DNA of 64,000 nucleotides from an uncultured Chloroflexia bacterium (GTDB lineage: Bacteria; Chloroflexota; Limnocylindria; Limnocylindrales; CSP1-4): positions 544,001-608,000 of the forward strand of contig CAVVCZ010000004.1 of NCBI GenBank assembly GCA_963746845.1. Direction: 5' to 3'. Under the pieces are notes generated by a model. It did no database searches. It had not been told where the DNA came from and was given only the letters and a program-made list of their open reading frames with translations. Below are positions 20,138 to 30,415 of this stretch, piece by piece. The translations under genes and the position numbers were made by a program. Every line of letters begins with the position of its first letter. Position 1 is the first letter of the stretch.

Positions 20138-20388
20138 GCGAGCCGCGCGTGCCGGCGGGCATCGAATCCCTGATCCGCTCCGTCACCGGCGGCGCCAGTC
20201 CAGAGGAGCGAGACCAGCGCGCCTCGACCTTCGCCCGGGGGCTCGCGATCGGCGCGCTGGTGGGCGCCGCGATCGCCGGCTCGACGATCTGGCAGCGCCG
20301 TCAGGGGGGCGCCGCCGCGCGGTCGGCGAGCCACGAACGAGCGACCATCGAGGCCGAGGCCGTCGACGCGGAGTCGCCCGGCATCTGA
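20134..20388 (+). CDS. Small protein with YtxH-like GxxxGAxxGA segment
   Basis: FARGLAIGALVGAAIAG; ATGA coupling to upstream gene. Confidence 0.6.
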   Translation: MSEPRVPAGIESLIRSVTGGASPEERDQRASTFARGLAIGALVGAAIAGSTIWQRRQGGAAARSASHERATIEAEAVDAESPGI

Positions 20389-20464
20389 ACGCCGGGCCCG
20401 GCCGAGCGACTGACGCCCTCGGCGGGCTCGGGAAGGGAGCCGGCGTTCGGTACCATTGCCGCCG

Positions 20465-23225
20465 ATGCCGACCCCCGTCACCGAGCACGATCCGCGGATC
20501 ACGCCGCTGCCCGCGGCCGAGATCCGGCGGCGCTTCGTCGAGTTCTTCGAGGAGCGTGGCCACACCGCGGTCCCGAGCGCGAGCCTCGTCCCCGCCGGCG
20601 ACCAGACCCTCCTGTTCACGAACTCGGGCATGGTCCAGTTCAAGGAGGTCTTCACGGGCGCCGAGAAGCGGAGCTACACCCGAGCGGTCGACTATCAGCG
20701 CGTCCTGCGCGTCGCCGGCAAGCACAACGACTTCGAGGAGGTCGGGCGGACGCCCCGCCACCACACCCTCTTCGAGATGCTCGGCAACTGGAGCTTCGGC
20801 GACTACTTCAAGCGCGAGGCGATCCACTACGCGTGGGATTTCCTGACCCGCGAGATCGGGATCCCGGGCGATCGCCTGGCGGCCACGACCTACAGGGACG
20901 ACGACGTCGCGTGGAGCGTCTGGCGCGACGAGATCGGGCTGCCGCCCGAGCGGATGGCGAAATGGGGCGACGTCGACGCCGGCGACGACAAGAACTTCTG
21001 GCGGATGGCCGAGACCGGGCCGTGCGGTCCGTGCAGCGAGATCCACTTCGACCGCGGCGCGCACCTGTCCGAGGGCCCGGAGTGCATCCCGGACCACAGC
21101 GAGCACTGCCCACGCTGGCTCGAGATCTGGAACCTCGTCTTCATGGAGTTCGACCAGCGGCCGGACGGCCGCGTGCCGCTGCCGTTCACCAGCGTGGACA
21201 CGGGCATGGGGCTCGAGCGGGTCGCGAGCGTCAGCCAGGGGGTCCTCTCGAACTACGACACGGACCTGTTCGCGCCGATCCACGAGCGTCTCCGGTCGAT
21301 CTTCGGGCACGACCCGGTGGCCTTCGAGGCCGAGCGCTTCAGCTACCAGGTGATCGCGGACCACAGCCGGGCGATGACGTTCCTGATCGCGGACGGCGTC
21401 CTGCCGAGCAACGAGGGTCGCGGCTACGTCCTCCGCCGGATCATCCGGCGCGCCGTCCGGCACGGGCGGCTGCTCGGGCGGCGCGAGCCGTTCCTGACCT
21501 CGGCCGCCGAGGTCGTCATCGACACGATGGCCGAGCCGTATCCGATCCTCGCGGAGCGCCGCGAGGCCATCCTCGCCTCGATCGAGCGCGAGGAGGCCCA
21601 GTTCGCGCGGACGCTCGACGCCGGGACCGGCCAGCTCGAGGCCGCCCTCGCCGGTCTCGCCGGCGGTGCCGAGCGCGCCGTCGGCCGGCGGCCGGAGGAG
21701 GTCGCCCCGGATGCCCCGGTGCTGCCGGGCGACCTGGCATTCCGGCTCCACGACACGTTCGGCTTCCCGATCGACCTGACCGTCGAGCTGGCGGCCGAGT
21801 ACGGCGTCGCCGTCGATCGCGCCGGCTTCGAGGCCGCGCTGGCGCGAGCAGCGCGAGCGGAGCCGGTCCGGCAAGAAGGCCGAGCTCGCGAAGCACGCCG
21901 AGCTGACCGCGCTCTACCAGGCGATCCAGGCGCGGGCCGGCGACACGACGTTCCTCGGCTACGAGACGACGACCGCGCCGGGCACCGTGGTCGCGATCGT
22001 GCGCGACGGGATGGAGCTCGGCGAGGTCACCGGGCTCGGCGAGGCCGAGGTCGTTCTTGACCGGTCGCCGTTCTACGCCGAGGGCGGCGGTCAGGTCGGC
22101 GACCGCGGCGAGCTGCGCGAGGCCGGCGGCGGCTCGTCGCTCTTCGCGGTCGAGGACACCCAGAAGCCGGTCGGCGGCCTCATCGTGCTGCAGGGCACGC
22201 TCCACGGTCGGCTCCGCGTCGGCGAGACGGTCGACGCCGTCGTCGACGCCGCCCGCCGGGCCCACACGATGCGCAACCACACCGGCACGCACCTGCTCCA
22301 CCGGGCGCTCCGGAACGTCGTCGGCGAGGCCGCGCGCCAGGCCGGCTCGCTGGTGACGCCGGACTACCTCCGGTTCGACTTCCCGTTCGACCGGCCGCTC
22401 ACGACCGACGAGCTCCGCGCGATCGAGGACGAGGTCCGGGCCGTCATCCGCGACGACCGGACGGTGACCCCGAGCTTCATGTCGATGCGGGAGGCGATCG
22501 ACGCCGGTGCCGATGCGTTCTTCGACGAGAAGTACGGCGAGACCGTGCGGACGGTGCAGGTCGAGGGCTACAGCCACGAGCTGTGCGGCGGGACCCATTG
22601 CCGCGCCTCCGGCCAGATCGGCTCGTTCGTGATCACCGGCGAGCGGTCGATCGGCTCGGGAATGCGCCGGATCGAGGCGCTGACCGGTGCTGGCGCGGAT
22701 GCGTACCTCCGGACGCGCTCCGACGCGCTCGCGGCCGCGGCCGAGACCGCCGGCGCCCAGACGCCGGAAGGGCTCCCGGATCGCATCCGGGCGCTCCAGG
22801 AGGAGCTGCGCGAGACACGGAGACGGCTCAAGGCCGGCGCGGCGGCGGGTGGTGGCCTCCCGAAGCCCGGCGAGCTCGCGACCCGCGCCGAGGAGGTCGC
22901 GCCGGGGATCCGGCTCGTCGCCTACGCCGGGCCGTACGGCTCGATCGACGAGATGAAGGGCGCCGCCAAGGACCTCCGCGGCGTGCTCGGGTCCGGCGTG
23001 ATCGCCCTCGGTCTCGACGGCGACGAGCCCCAGCTCTTCGTCACGGTCAGCGACGACCTGGTCGCCCGCGGGATCGCGGCCGGCGACCTCGTCCGCGAGG
23101 CGATCGCCGCGATCGACGGCAAGGGGGGCGGGCGACCGGAGATGGCCCAGGGCAAGGGCGCCCGACGCGAGGGTCTCGGCGCGGCCCTGGACTCGGTCCG
23201 ATCCCGGTTGACCACCGCGGCCTAG
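20465..23225 (+). CDS. alaS: Alanyl-tRNA synthetase with an internal +1 frameshift near 21843-21846
   Basis: N-terminal half has TNSGMVQFK, HHTLFEMLGNWSFGDYFK, DTGMGLER. After ctg gcg c the frame resumes as EQRERSR...SPFYAEGGGQVGD, NHTGTHLL, ELCGGTH, GKGGGRPEMAQG. Confidence 0.93.
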
Positions 23226-23227
23226 CG

Positions 23228-24490
23228 GTGGCCTTCCTCCGCCGGATCTGGCAGCGCGACGAGGGCGAGGGCCTCGCCGCCTGCACCGCCCTCGACATCG
23301 GCACCGAGTTCGCGAAGGCCCTCGTCTTCGAGATCGGTGACGACGGTCACGGCACCGTCCGCGGCGTCGGCCGGAAGCGCCAGGGCCTGAGCCACATGTC
23401 GTCCGGCACCGTCGCCGACATCGCGGCGGTCGTCGACAACTGCACGGTCGCGCTCCAGGAGGCCGAGGAGATGGCCGGCTTCAGGCCGAGCCAGGTCGTC
23501 ATCGGGATCGCCGGCGAGCTCGTCAAGGGGTTCACGACCACCCACGCCCAGGAGCGCAAGCGCCCCGATCAGCCGATCACCGAAGCGGAGCTCGCGAAGC
23601 TGATCGACTCCGTCCAGCGGGAGGCCCTGCGCGAGGCGGAGCGATCGATCACGTGGGAGACCGGCCTCCCGAACGTCGACGTCCGTCTGGTCCATGCCGC
23701 GATCGTGGCCGCCTCGATCGACGGGTATGCGCTCACGAACCCGGTCGGGTTCCAGGGACGGCACGTGAAGATCGGGATCTTCAACGCGTTCGCCCCCCTC
23801 GTGCACCTCGGCGCCCTCCAGACCGTCGCCTCGCAGCTGGACCTCGAGCTGCTCGAGATCGTCGCGGAGCCGTACGCCGTGGCGCGTGTCCTCGGCTCGG
23901 ACCAGATCCGCCAGGCGGGCGCCCTGTTCGTCGACGTCGGCGGCGGCACGACCGACGTCGCGCTCGTCCGCCAGGGCGGCATCGAAGGGACGCGGATGTT
24001 CGCGCTCGGGGGCCGGGCGTTCACGAAGAGCCTGGCCGACCGGCTCGAGCTGCCGTTCCCGCGGGCCGAGGCCGCCAAGGTCGACTACGCCCGCGGCCTG
24101 CCGGTCGACCGGCACGACGAGATCGCGAAGATCGTCGGAGAGGACGTGGAGGTCTGGGCGGCGGGCGTCGAGCTCGTGATGGAGGAGCTCGGCGGCGGCG
24201 ACCTGCTGCCCGGCCGGATCTACCTGTGCGGCGGCGGCTCGCGGCTGCCGGAGATCGTCCAGGCGCTCGGCGCCGAGCGATTCTGGAAGCGGCTGTCGTT
24301 CGCCCGGCCGCCCGAGGTCGTCGTCATGGCCCCGGACCAGGTCGAGGCGATCTCGGACGCGACCGATCTCCTCGTCGACCAGCAGGACGTCACGCCGCTC
24401 GGCCTGGCCTACCAGGCCATCGAGCTGCAGACGACCGAGGACCCGCTCGATGCCGCCCTCCGGCGCGTCCTGCGGGCGATGAAGGTTTGA
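23228..24490 (+). CDS. FtsA-like actin-family ATPase, not in a dcw cluster
   Basis: ALDIGTE (phosphate 1), AEPYAVA (connect 1), VDVGGGTTD (phosphate 2), LCGGGSRL (adenosine); amphipathic termini MAFLRRIW and LDAALRRVLRAMKV. Confidence 0.85.
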   Translation: MAFLRRIWQRDEGEGLAACTALDIGTEFAKALVFEIGDDGHGTVRGVGRKRQGLSHMSSGTVADIAAVVDNCTVALQEAEEMAGFRPSQVVIGIAGELVKGFTTTHAQERKRPDQPITEAELAKLIDSVQREALREAERSITWETGLPNVDVRLVHAAIVAASIDGYALTNPVGFQGRHVKIGIFNAFAPLVHLGALQTVASQLDLELLEIVAEPYAVARVLGSDQIRQAGALFVDVGGGTTDVALVRQGGIEGTRMFALGGRAFTKSLADRLELPFPRAEAAKVDYARGLPVDRHDEIAKIVGEDVEVWAAGVELVMEELGGGDLLPGRIYLCGGGSRLPEIVQALGAERFWKRLSFARPPEVVVMAPDQVEAISDATDLLVDQQDVTPLGLAYQAIELQTTEDPLDAALRRVLRAMKV

Positions 24491-24663
24491 CCTTGGCCGC
24501 CGGACCCCGCACCACACTTCGCTCGCCGATGCGGACCATCGCGGCGTTCGATCCTCCGCGCCCTCGCTCACGCATGGACATGCGCTCGCTCACGTGCTCG
24601 GATCGGCCTTGCGCTGGCCTCGCCTCGGCGGCGACCTGCGGCGCGCGGCCGGCGGCCAAGGTC
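24489..24663. repeat. Structured palindromic repeat, copy B (175-nt hairpin)
   Basis: Perfect 15-bp inverted repeat gaccttggccgccgg/ccggcggccaaggtc; inner stems cgatcc/ggatcg and cgcat/atgcg; core shared with 5145-5262. Confidence 0.8.
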
Positions 24664-24676
24664 TAGGGTTCCTCGG

Positions 24677-26584
24677 ATGGCAGCGGGCATCGTCTACCTC
24701 GACGTCGACGACGAGATCACGTCGGCCGCTGCCCGGATCCGCTCGTCGGTTGCCACGAAGGTCGCCCTGGTGGTCCCGTACGGCTCCCGGATCGCGACCT
24801 CACGGATGAACTTCCGCCTCCTGTCGCGCGAGGCGCTCGTCAGCAACCGGCGGCTGTCGATCATCTCCGGCGATGCCGCGTCCCGATCCCTGGCGGCGTC
24901 GGCGGGGCTGCCGGTGTTCGCGAGCGTCGCCGAGTACGAGGCCTCGACCGAATCGGGCACCGATCGGGCTCCCGACGACGACACCGGCCGGGGCCCGGCG
25001 AAGGAAGCCCCAGCCGCCGGCGCCGCGGCTGCGGCCGGAACCCTCGCCGCGAGCGAGACCGTGGCCGCCGTCGGCCCGGCAACGGCGGAGCCGCCCGCCC
25101 CGCCGTCGAGGCCGCCTTCGTCGACCACCTCCACCGGAACGACCAGGCGCGCCGGCCGGACCCTCTCGGACGACACGGCCCGGATGGCCGTGCCGGTTGC
25201 GGCCGCGGCCGCGACCTCGGCGGGTGGCGTCGGACCGGTTGCGGGGGCCGACGTGGCGCCGGTGCCGGCCCCCGTGCCGCGGCGCGCCGTCGACGCGTCC
25301 GATGACACCGGCGGTCGCTCCCGCGCCCCGCTCCTCGTCGCCCTCGCCGCGGTCGGTCTGGCCCTCGTCGTGCTTGCCGTCGGCGGCTACCTCCTGCTGC
25401 CGTCCGCGTCGATCGCGCTCACCCCGCGTCCGGAGCCGATCTCGGTCAACCTCACCGTGTCGGCCGACCCGGACGCGACCGCCGTCGACCCGTCCACCGG
25501 CGTCGTTCCGGCCGTCCGCCTGGACGTTCCCGTCGAGGCGAGCCAGACGTTCACGACCTCGGGTGTGCACGTCGAACAGACGGCTGCGTCCGGCGAGGTG
25601 ACGTTCTCGAACTACAACCCGGTGTCCTCGAACACGATCGCCGGGGGCAGCATCGTCACGACCGAGGGCGGGATCCGTTTCCGGACCCTCGCGAGCGTCA
25701 CCGTCCCGGCGGGCACGTTCGTCCTGCCGAACGTGATCCCGGCGACCCGGCGCGTGGCCGTCCAGGCGGTCCGGCCGGGGACGGAGGGCAACGTCCCGGC
25801 GAACGCGATCCGGGTCGTGCCCCAGGGCGAGAACCCGGACTTCCTGAAGGTGAACAACGTCGACGCGACCGACGGCGGGACGCGGACCGAGTCGCCCGAG
25901 GTGTCGCAGGCCGAGGTCGCCAAGGCCGTCGCCGACCTCCAGACGCAGCTCGCGAAGAACTTCGAGGACGCGATCGCGGCCGGTGCGGGCGCGCCGCCGG
26001 ACACGACCCTCTTCCCGGAGACGGCCGTGCTCGGGCCGTCGACCCCGGCGCCGGATCCGGCGACCCTCGTCGGTCAGGCGGTGTCGTCCTACGACCTGTC
26101 CCTGTCCGCGACCGGGACGGTGATCGCCGTCGACCCGCGTCCGGTCCGCGCGATCGCCGAGGAGCAGCTGCAGGGTCGAGTCGGCGCCGACCATACCCTC
26201 GTCGACGGCTCGATCGACGTCGAAGTGGGGCAGGGGAGCGTCGGTGAGGACGGACAGGTCACGTTCCAGGCGACGGCGCGGGCGACGCGCGTCCCGATCG
26301 TCGATCCGGGGCCGCTGCGGTCGCTCGTCAAGGGCAAGACAACGGCGGAGGTCGAGGCCGCGCTCGCCCCGTACGGTGACGTGACGGTTACCCTCTGGCC
26401 GGACTGGGTCTCGACGGTCACCGGCGTCGACGCCCGGCTGGACCTCACCGTCAAGGGCTCGACCGCGGGTCCATCGCCATCGGCGACGCCATCGGGCACG
26501 CCGACGCCCGGTGCGACGCACACGAAGACCCCGGGCCCGTCGGGCACGAAGTCTCCCGGCGCCTCCGGCTCGGCCGGCCCGTGA
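24677..26584 (+). CDS. Bitopic membrane protein with extracytoplasmic baseplate J/gp47-like domain
   Basis: Compact N-terminal domain (YLDVDDEITS...ALVVP...NFRLL), Ala/Pro/Thr linker, TM LLVALAAVGLALVVLAVGGYLLL, then ASGEVTFSN...GIRFRT...VQAVRPGTEGNVPANAI...VNN...DGG (baseplate J-like pattern). Confidence 0.78.
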   Translation: MAAGIVYLDVDDEITSAAARIRSSVATKVALVVPYGSRIATSRMNFRLLSREALVSNRRLSIISGDAASRSLAASAGLPVFASVAEYEASTESGTDRAPDDDTGRGPAKEAPAAGAAAAAGTLAASETVAAVGPATAEPPAPPSRPPSSTTSTGTTRRAGRTLSDDTARMAVPVAAAAATSAGGVGPVAGADVAPVPAPVPRRAVDASDDTGGRSRAPLLVALAAVGLALVVLAVGGYLLLPSASIALTPRPEPISVNLTVSADPDATAVDPSTGVVPAVRLDVPVEASQTFTTSGVHVEQTAASGEVTFSNYNPVSSNTIAGGSIVTTEGGIRFRTLASVTVPAGTFVLPNVIPATRRVAVQAVRPGTEGNVPANAIRVVPQGENPDFLKVNNVDATDGGTRTESPEVSQAEVAKAVADLQTQLAKNFEDAIAAGAGAPPDTTLFPETAVLGPSTPAPDPATLVGQAVSSYDLSLSATGTVIAVDPRPVRAIAEEQLQGRVGADHTLVDGSIDVEVGQGSVGEDGQVTFQATARATRVPIVDPGPLRSLVKGKTTAEVEAALAPYGDVTVTLWPDWVSTVTGVDARLDLTVKGSTAGPSPSATPSGTPTPGATHTKTPGPSGTKSPGASGSAGP

Positions 26585-27057
26585 GCCGACTGCTGGGGCT
26601 GGACGTCGGTGAGCGACGGATCGGGATCGCGGTCGCGGACACGGACGGCCGGGCGACGCCGCTCACCACGATCCGCCGTTCGGACGATCCGGCGAACGAT
26701 GCGGCCGCCGTCGCGGCGCTGATCCGCGAGCACGACGTGATCGAGATCGTCGTCGGTCTCCCGCTCGACATGTCGGGTGGCGAAGGCGGCCAGGCCGCGC
26801 TGACGCGGGCGTGGGTCGAAAGCGTCCGGCCAGCCTGGATCGCTCCGGTCCGGTATCGTGACGAGCGACTGACCAGTCACGTGGCCGAGCAGCGGCTCGG
26901 ACCCATGAAGCGAGGACGATCCGGGGGTCCACCCACCCGAGCCCAGCGGGATGCCTGGCGGGCCCGGATCGATCGCGAGGCTGCCGCGATCATCCTGCAG
27001 GACGAGCTCGACGCCCGCGCCACCACGCGCGAGTCGACAACGGAGAACATCACATGA
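26581..27057 (+). CDS. ruvX: YqgF/RuvX family nuclease
   Basis: LGLDVGERRIGIAVAD, VVGLPLDMSG, DERLTS, IDREAAAIILQ. Confidence 0.93.
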   Translation: MSRLLGLDVGERRIGIAVADTDGRATPLTTIRRSDDPANDAAAVAALIREHDVIEIVVGLPLDMSGGEGGQAALTRAWVESVRPAWIAPVRYRDERLTSHVAEQRLGPMKRGRSGGPPTRAQRDAWRARIDREAAAIILQDELDARATTRESTTENIT

Positions 27058-28460
27058 CCATCCGCTCCGGCGGACGCGCACGCGACACGCAGGCGCACCC
27101 GGCCGAACGGGGGACGTACGACGACGCGTGGCAACCCACCTACGAGCCGGAGCTGCACGGTCGCGGCGGCGGCTCGGGCGGCTCGGGCGGCTCGGGCGGC
27201 CGGAACGGTGGGTACAACGGCTGGAGCGAGAACCGTCCCCGCCGCGGGATCCCCGGCATCCTGAAGTTCCTCCTGTTTGCGTTCGTCCTGGCCGCGATCG
27301 TGCTCGTGACCCTCGTGACCGTCCTCCGGCCGATCGTCCGCAACGCGGTCGTCGGGTGGGCGGGCGACAACCCGGCCGCGCTCGGCATGCCGTTCGTCGC
27401 GGACCTCGTCCGTGAGGATCTCGGGATGCACCTGACCGAGCCCGCATCGACCGACTCCGAGCAGATCGTGTTCACGGTCGCCGACGGCGAGACGGCCTCG
27501 GAGATCGCCGGGCGTCTCGAGGACGAGGGGTTCCTCACCGATCGGCGCTCGTTCGTGTTCATCGCGACCGAGCGCGGTCTCACCGGCGACCTCCGCACGG
27601 GCACGTTCATCCTCCGCAAGTCGATGACCCCGGACGACATCGTCACGGCGCTGCTCGTCCCCGAGGGCACGAAGTACGTCGACATCGCCCTCCGGACCGG
27701 CCTGCGGCTCGAGCAGATCACCGCCAAGCTCGAGACGATCGACGGCCTGAAGATGAACCCGGAGGACTTCTACCAGCTCGCAAAGCACCCGACTGCGGCG
27801 CTGCTGGCCGACTACCCGTGGCTCAAGGCGATCCTGCCGGACGGCGCGTCGCTCGAGGGGTTCCTGTGGCCCGCGACCTACCGGGTCCTGCCGGACACGA
27901 CCGCGGACGAGCTGATCCGGGACATGCTCGATGGGTTCCACAACGCGATGGGCGACCGGCTCACGGTCCCGAAGGAGCGAGGCCGGAGCTTCTACGAGAT
28001 CCTGACGCTGGCCTCGATGGTCGAGCGAGAGGCGGTGGTCGACGACGAGCGGGCGACGATCGCGGGCGTCTTCGAGAACCGCCTCCACAAGCTTCGCGGG
28101 ATCGCGCCCGTGCTCGCCTCGGACCCGACGGTGTTCTACGCGGTCGACACGCTGAATCTCGCGAAGATGCCGATCGAGCAATGGAAGACCTACTCGTTCT
28201 GGAACGTGCCGGACCAGCCGCTCCGCCAGATCGAGCTGCCGCCGGAGCTGCTCGGCTACCAGACCTACACCCAGGCCGGCCTGCCGCCAGGCCCGATCGC
28301 CACGCCCACGCTGGCCTCGATCGACGCGGCGCTCGAACCGGACACCAAGGACGGCTATCTGTTCTTCGTCGCGAAGCGCGACGGGACCGACACGCACGCC
28401 TTTGCCAAGACGCAGGCCGAGCACGCGAAGAACCTCAAGAAGTACGGCTACACGACCTAG
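27054..28460 (+). CDS. mltG: Endolytic transglycosylase MltG
   Basis: N-terminal TM, LEGFLWPATY, LASMVERE, IAGVFENRL, SDPTV, GLPPGPI, YLFFV; (GGS)3 9-bp repeat at 27168-27200. Confidence 0.93.
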   Translation: MTIRSGGRARDTQAHPAERGTYDDAWQPTYEPELHGRGGGSGGSGGSGGRNGGYNGWSENRPRRGIPGILKFLLFAFVLAAIVLVTLVTVLRPIVRNAVVGWAGDNPAALGMPFVADLVREDLGMHLTEPASTDSEQIVFTVADGETASEIAGRLEDEGFLTDRRSFVFIATERGLTGDLRTGTFILRKSMTPDDIVTALLVPEGTKYVDIALRTGLRLEQITAKLETIDGLKMNPEDFYQLAKHPTAALLADYPWLKAILPDGASLEGFLWPATYRVLPDTTADELIRDMLDGFHNAMGDRLTVPKERGRSFYEILTLASMVEREAVVDDERATIAGVFENRLHKLRGIAPVLASDPTVFYAVDTLNLAKMPIEQWKTYSFWNVPDQPLRQIELPPELLGYQTYTQAGLPPGPIATPTLASIDAALEPDTKDGYLFFVAKRDGTDTHAFAKTQAEHAKNLKKYGYTT

Positions 28461-28467
28461 ACGTCCG

Positions 28468-29691
28468 ATGACCTCGTCCGGGCTGCCGTCACCGGCCGAT
28501 TTCGCCCCACCGCCCTCGCCGGCCGACCTGGCCCGCTGGGCCGATGCCGACCGCGAGGCCAGGCCGGACCGCCTCGCGAGGGTTCGTGCGCGTTTCGGGG
28601 CCGCCGGGATTGACGGCTATTTCGGCCTCCGGCCTGAACACGCCCGCTACCTGACCGGGCTCCGGCTGGGCGAGGGGGAGGAGAAGGTCTCCGGGACGTC
28701 GGGACAGTTCCTCGTCGGCGCCGATGCCGTCGTCCTGCTCGCCGATTCGCGCTACTCGATCCAGGCGCACCACGAGGCACCCGGTGCGCGCGTCGTCAAC
28801 GGCCCGCGCGATCTGGCCATGGGCTGGGGCGCGCTGGCCGCGTCGGTCGGGGCGCGACGGATCGGCGTCGAGGCGGCGCTCATGCCGTACGCAGTCTGGC
28901 GGCGGCTGGAGGAGGCGGCACCGGACGTCGAGCTGGTCCCGGTCGAAGGCTGGATCGAGGCCGACCGCGCCATCAAGGAGCCGGCCGAGCTCGAGCGCGT
29001 CGCGGCCGCGTGCGCCGTCGCGGACCGGGCCCTGGCCGGGCTGCTTCCGTCGATCCGTCCGGGCGCGACGGAGCACGATCTCGCCCTCGACCTCGAGTGG
29101 CGGCTGCGCACCGGCGGAGCCGAGGCCGTCGCCTTCGACCCGACCTGCCTGGTCGGCCCGAACGCCGCGTTGCCGCACGGCTCGCCGTCCGACGCGCCGG
29201 TCCGCGCGGGGGAGGTGGTCCTGTTCGACTTCGGCGCCCAGGTCGGCGGCTATCGGAGCGACATGACCCGAACGCTGTTCGTCGGCGAGCCCGCCGAGCG
29301 CGATCTCGCGGTGTACCGGCTCGTCGCCCGGGCCCAGGCCGCCGCCATCGCCCAGATCGAGGCGACCGTCGATGGCGAGCTGCGGCTGCCGGCCGGTCGC
29401 GAGCTCCACGAGCTCGCCCGGCGCGAGATCGAGGAGGACGGGCGATGGCCGGCGTTCGAGCACGGTCTGGGCCACGGGATCGGCCTCGCCACGCACGAGC
29501 TGCCGTCGCTCAGCGCCCAGGGTCTGGACGTGCCGCTGCCTTCGCCGACGGTCTTCTCGGTCGAGCCCGGGATCTACCTCGAGGGCGAGACCGGGGTCCG
29601 GATCGAGGACCTCATCCTGCTCGACGGCGACGCCGGCCGGGTCGAACGGCTGACCCGGTTCCCGCGCGAGGTCCTCGCGCTGCCGGGCTGA
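28468..29691 (+). CDS. Xaa-Pro aminopeptidase (M24 family)
   Basis: LPHG, DFGA, YRSDMTRT, HGLGHGIGL..HE, FSVEPGIY, GVRIED; upstream of efp. Confidence 0.9.
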   Translation: MTSSGLPSPADFAPPPSPADLARWADADREARPDRLARVRARFGAAGIDGYFGLRPEHARYLTGLRLGEGEEKVSGTSGQFLVGADAVVLLADSRYSIQAHHEAPGARVVNGPRDLAMGWGALAASVGARRIGVEAALMPYAVWRRLEEAAPDVELVPVEGWIEADRAIKEPAELERVAAACAVADRALAGLLPSIRPGATEHDLALDLEWRLRTGGAEAVAFDPTCLVGPNAALPHGSPSDAPVRAGEVVLFDFGAQVGGYRSDMTRTLFVGEPAERDLAVYRLVARAQAAAIAQIEATVDGELRLPAGRELHELARREIEEDGRWPAFEHGLGHGIGLATHELPSLSAQGLDVPLPSPTVFSVEPGIYLEGETGVRIEDLILLDGDAGRVERLTRFPREVLALPG

Positions 29692-29791
29692 CGCCGGCCG
29701 ATCGTCCGCTACAATCCACGCCCGACCACGATCGAACGACCGGCTTCGGCGCGCTCCTGCGGCGCCCAGGTCGCTCCAGGAGCCACCCCAC

Positions 29792-30349
29792 ATGATCAGC
29801 ACCGGCGAACTGAAGAAGGGTGTCGCCATCGAGCTCGACGGCGAGCTTTGGCAGATCCTCGACTACCACCACATCAAGATGGGCCGCGGCTCGGCCCAGG
29901 TCCGGATCACGCTCAGGAACATCAAGCGCGGGCAGACGGTCGAGCGCTCGTTCCAGGCGGGCACGAAGTGGCCGCGCGCGTCGATGGAGAAGCGGCCCGT
30001 CCAGTTCCTCTATCGCGACGACAGCGACTACCACTTCATGGACACCGACACGTACGACCAGTTCCACCTCACCGCGGACCAGCTCGGCGACGCGGCGCCG
30101 TACATGAAGGACGGGATGACGCTCGACCGGACGACCTACCAGGGCGAGACGATCGGCGTCGAGCTGCCGGTCACTGTCGATCTCGTCGTCGCCGACACCG
30201 AGCCCGGCTTTGCCGGCGACACCCAGACCGGCGCACGAAAGCCGGCGACGACCGAGACGGGCCTCGTCGTCACGGTGCCGATCTTTGTCGAGGCCGGCGA
30301 CACGATCCGCGTGGACACGCGGACCGGGGAGTACCAGACCCGGGTCTGA
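29792..30349 (+). CDS. efp: Elongation factor P
   Basis: HIKMGRGSA, QFLY..YHFMD, GDT, KPATTETG, VDTRTGEY; SD AGGAG. Confidence 0.96.
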   Translation: MISTGELKKGVAIELDGELWQILDYHHIKMGRGSAQVRITLRNIKRGQTVERSFQAGTKWPRASMEKRPVQFLYRDDSDYHFMDTDTYDQFHLTADQLGDAAPYMKDGMTLDRTTYQGETIGVELPVTVDLVVADTEPGFAGDTQTGARKPATTETGLVVTVPIFVEAGDTIRVDTRTGEYQTRV

Positions 30350-30415
30350 GGGTGCCGGGCGGCCCGCCCCCGACGCCCGAGCGTCGCCCGGGTCTCGGAC
30401 GGCTACGATCCCGGC

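Noticed and set aside
21835-21860. Programmed ribosomal frameshift in alaS
   Set aside because: No slippery heptamer or homopolymer is visible. A sequencing indel is more parsimonious.
24677-26584. Baseplate J gene as evidence of a prophage, T6SS or eCIS
   Set aside because: No sheath, tube, spike or other phage genes are present. The protein has a TM anchor and is coupled to ruvX-mltG.
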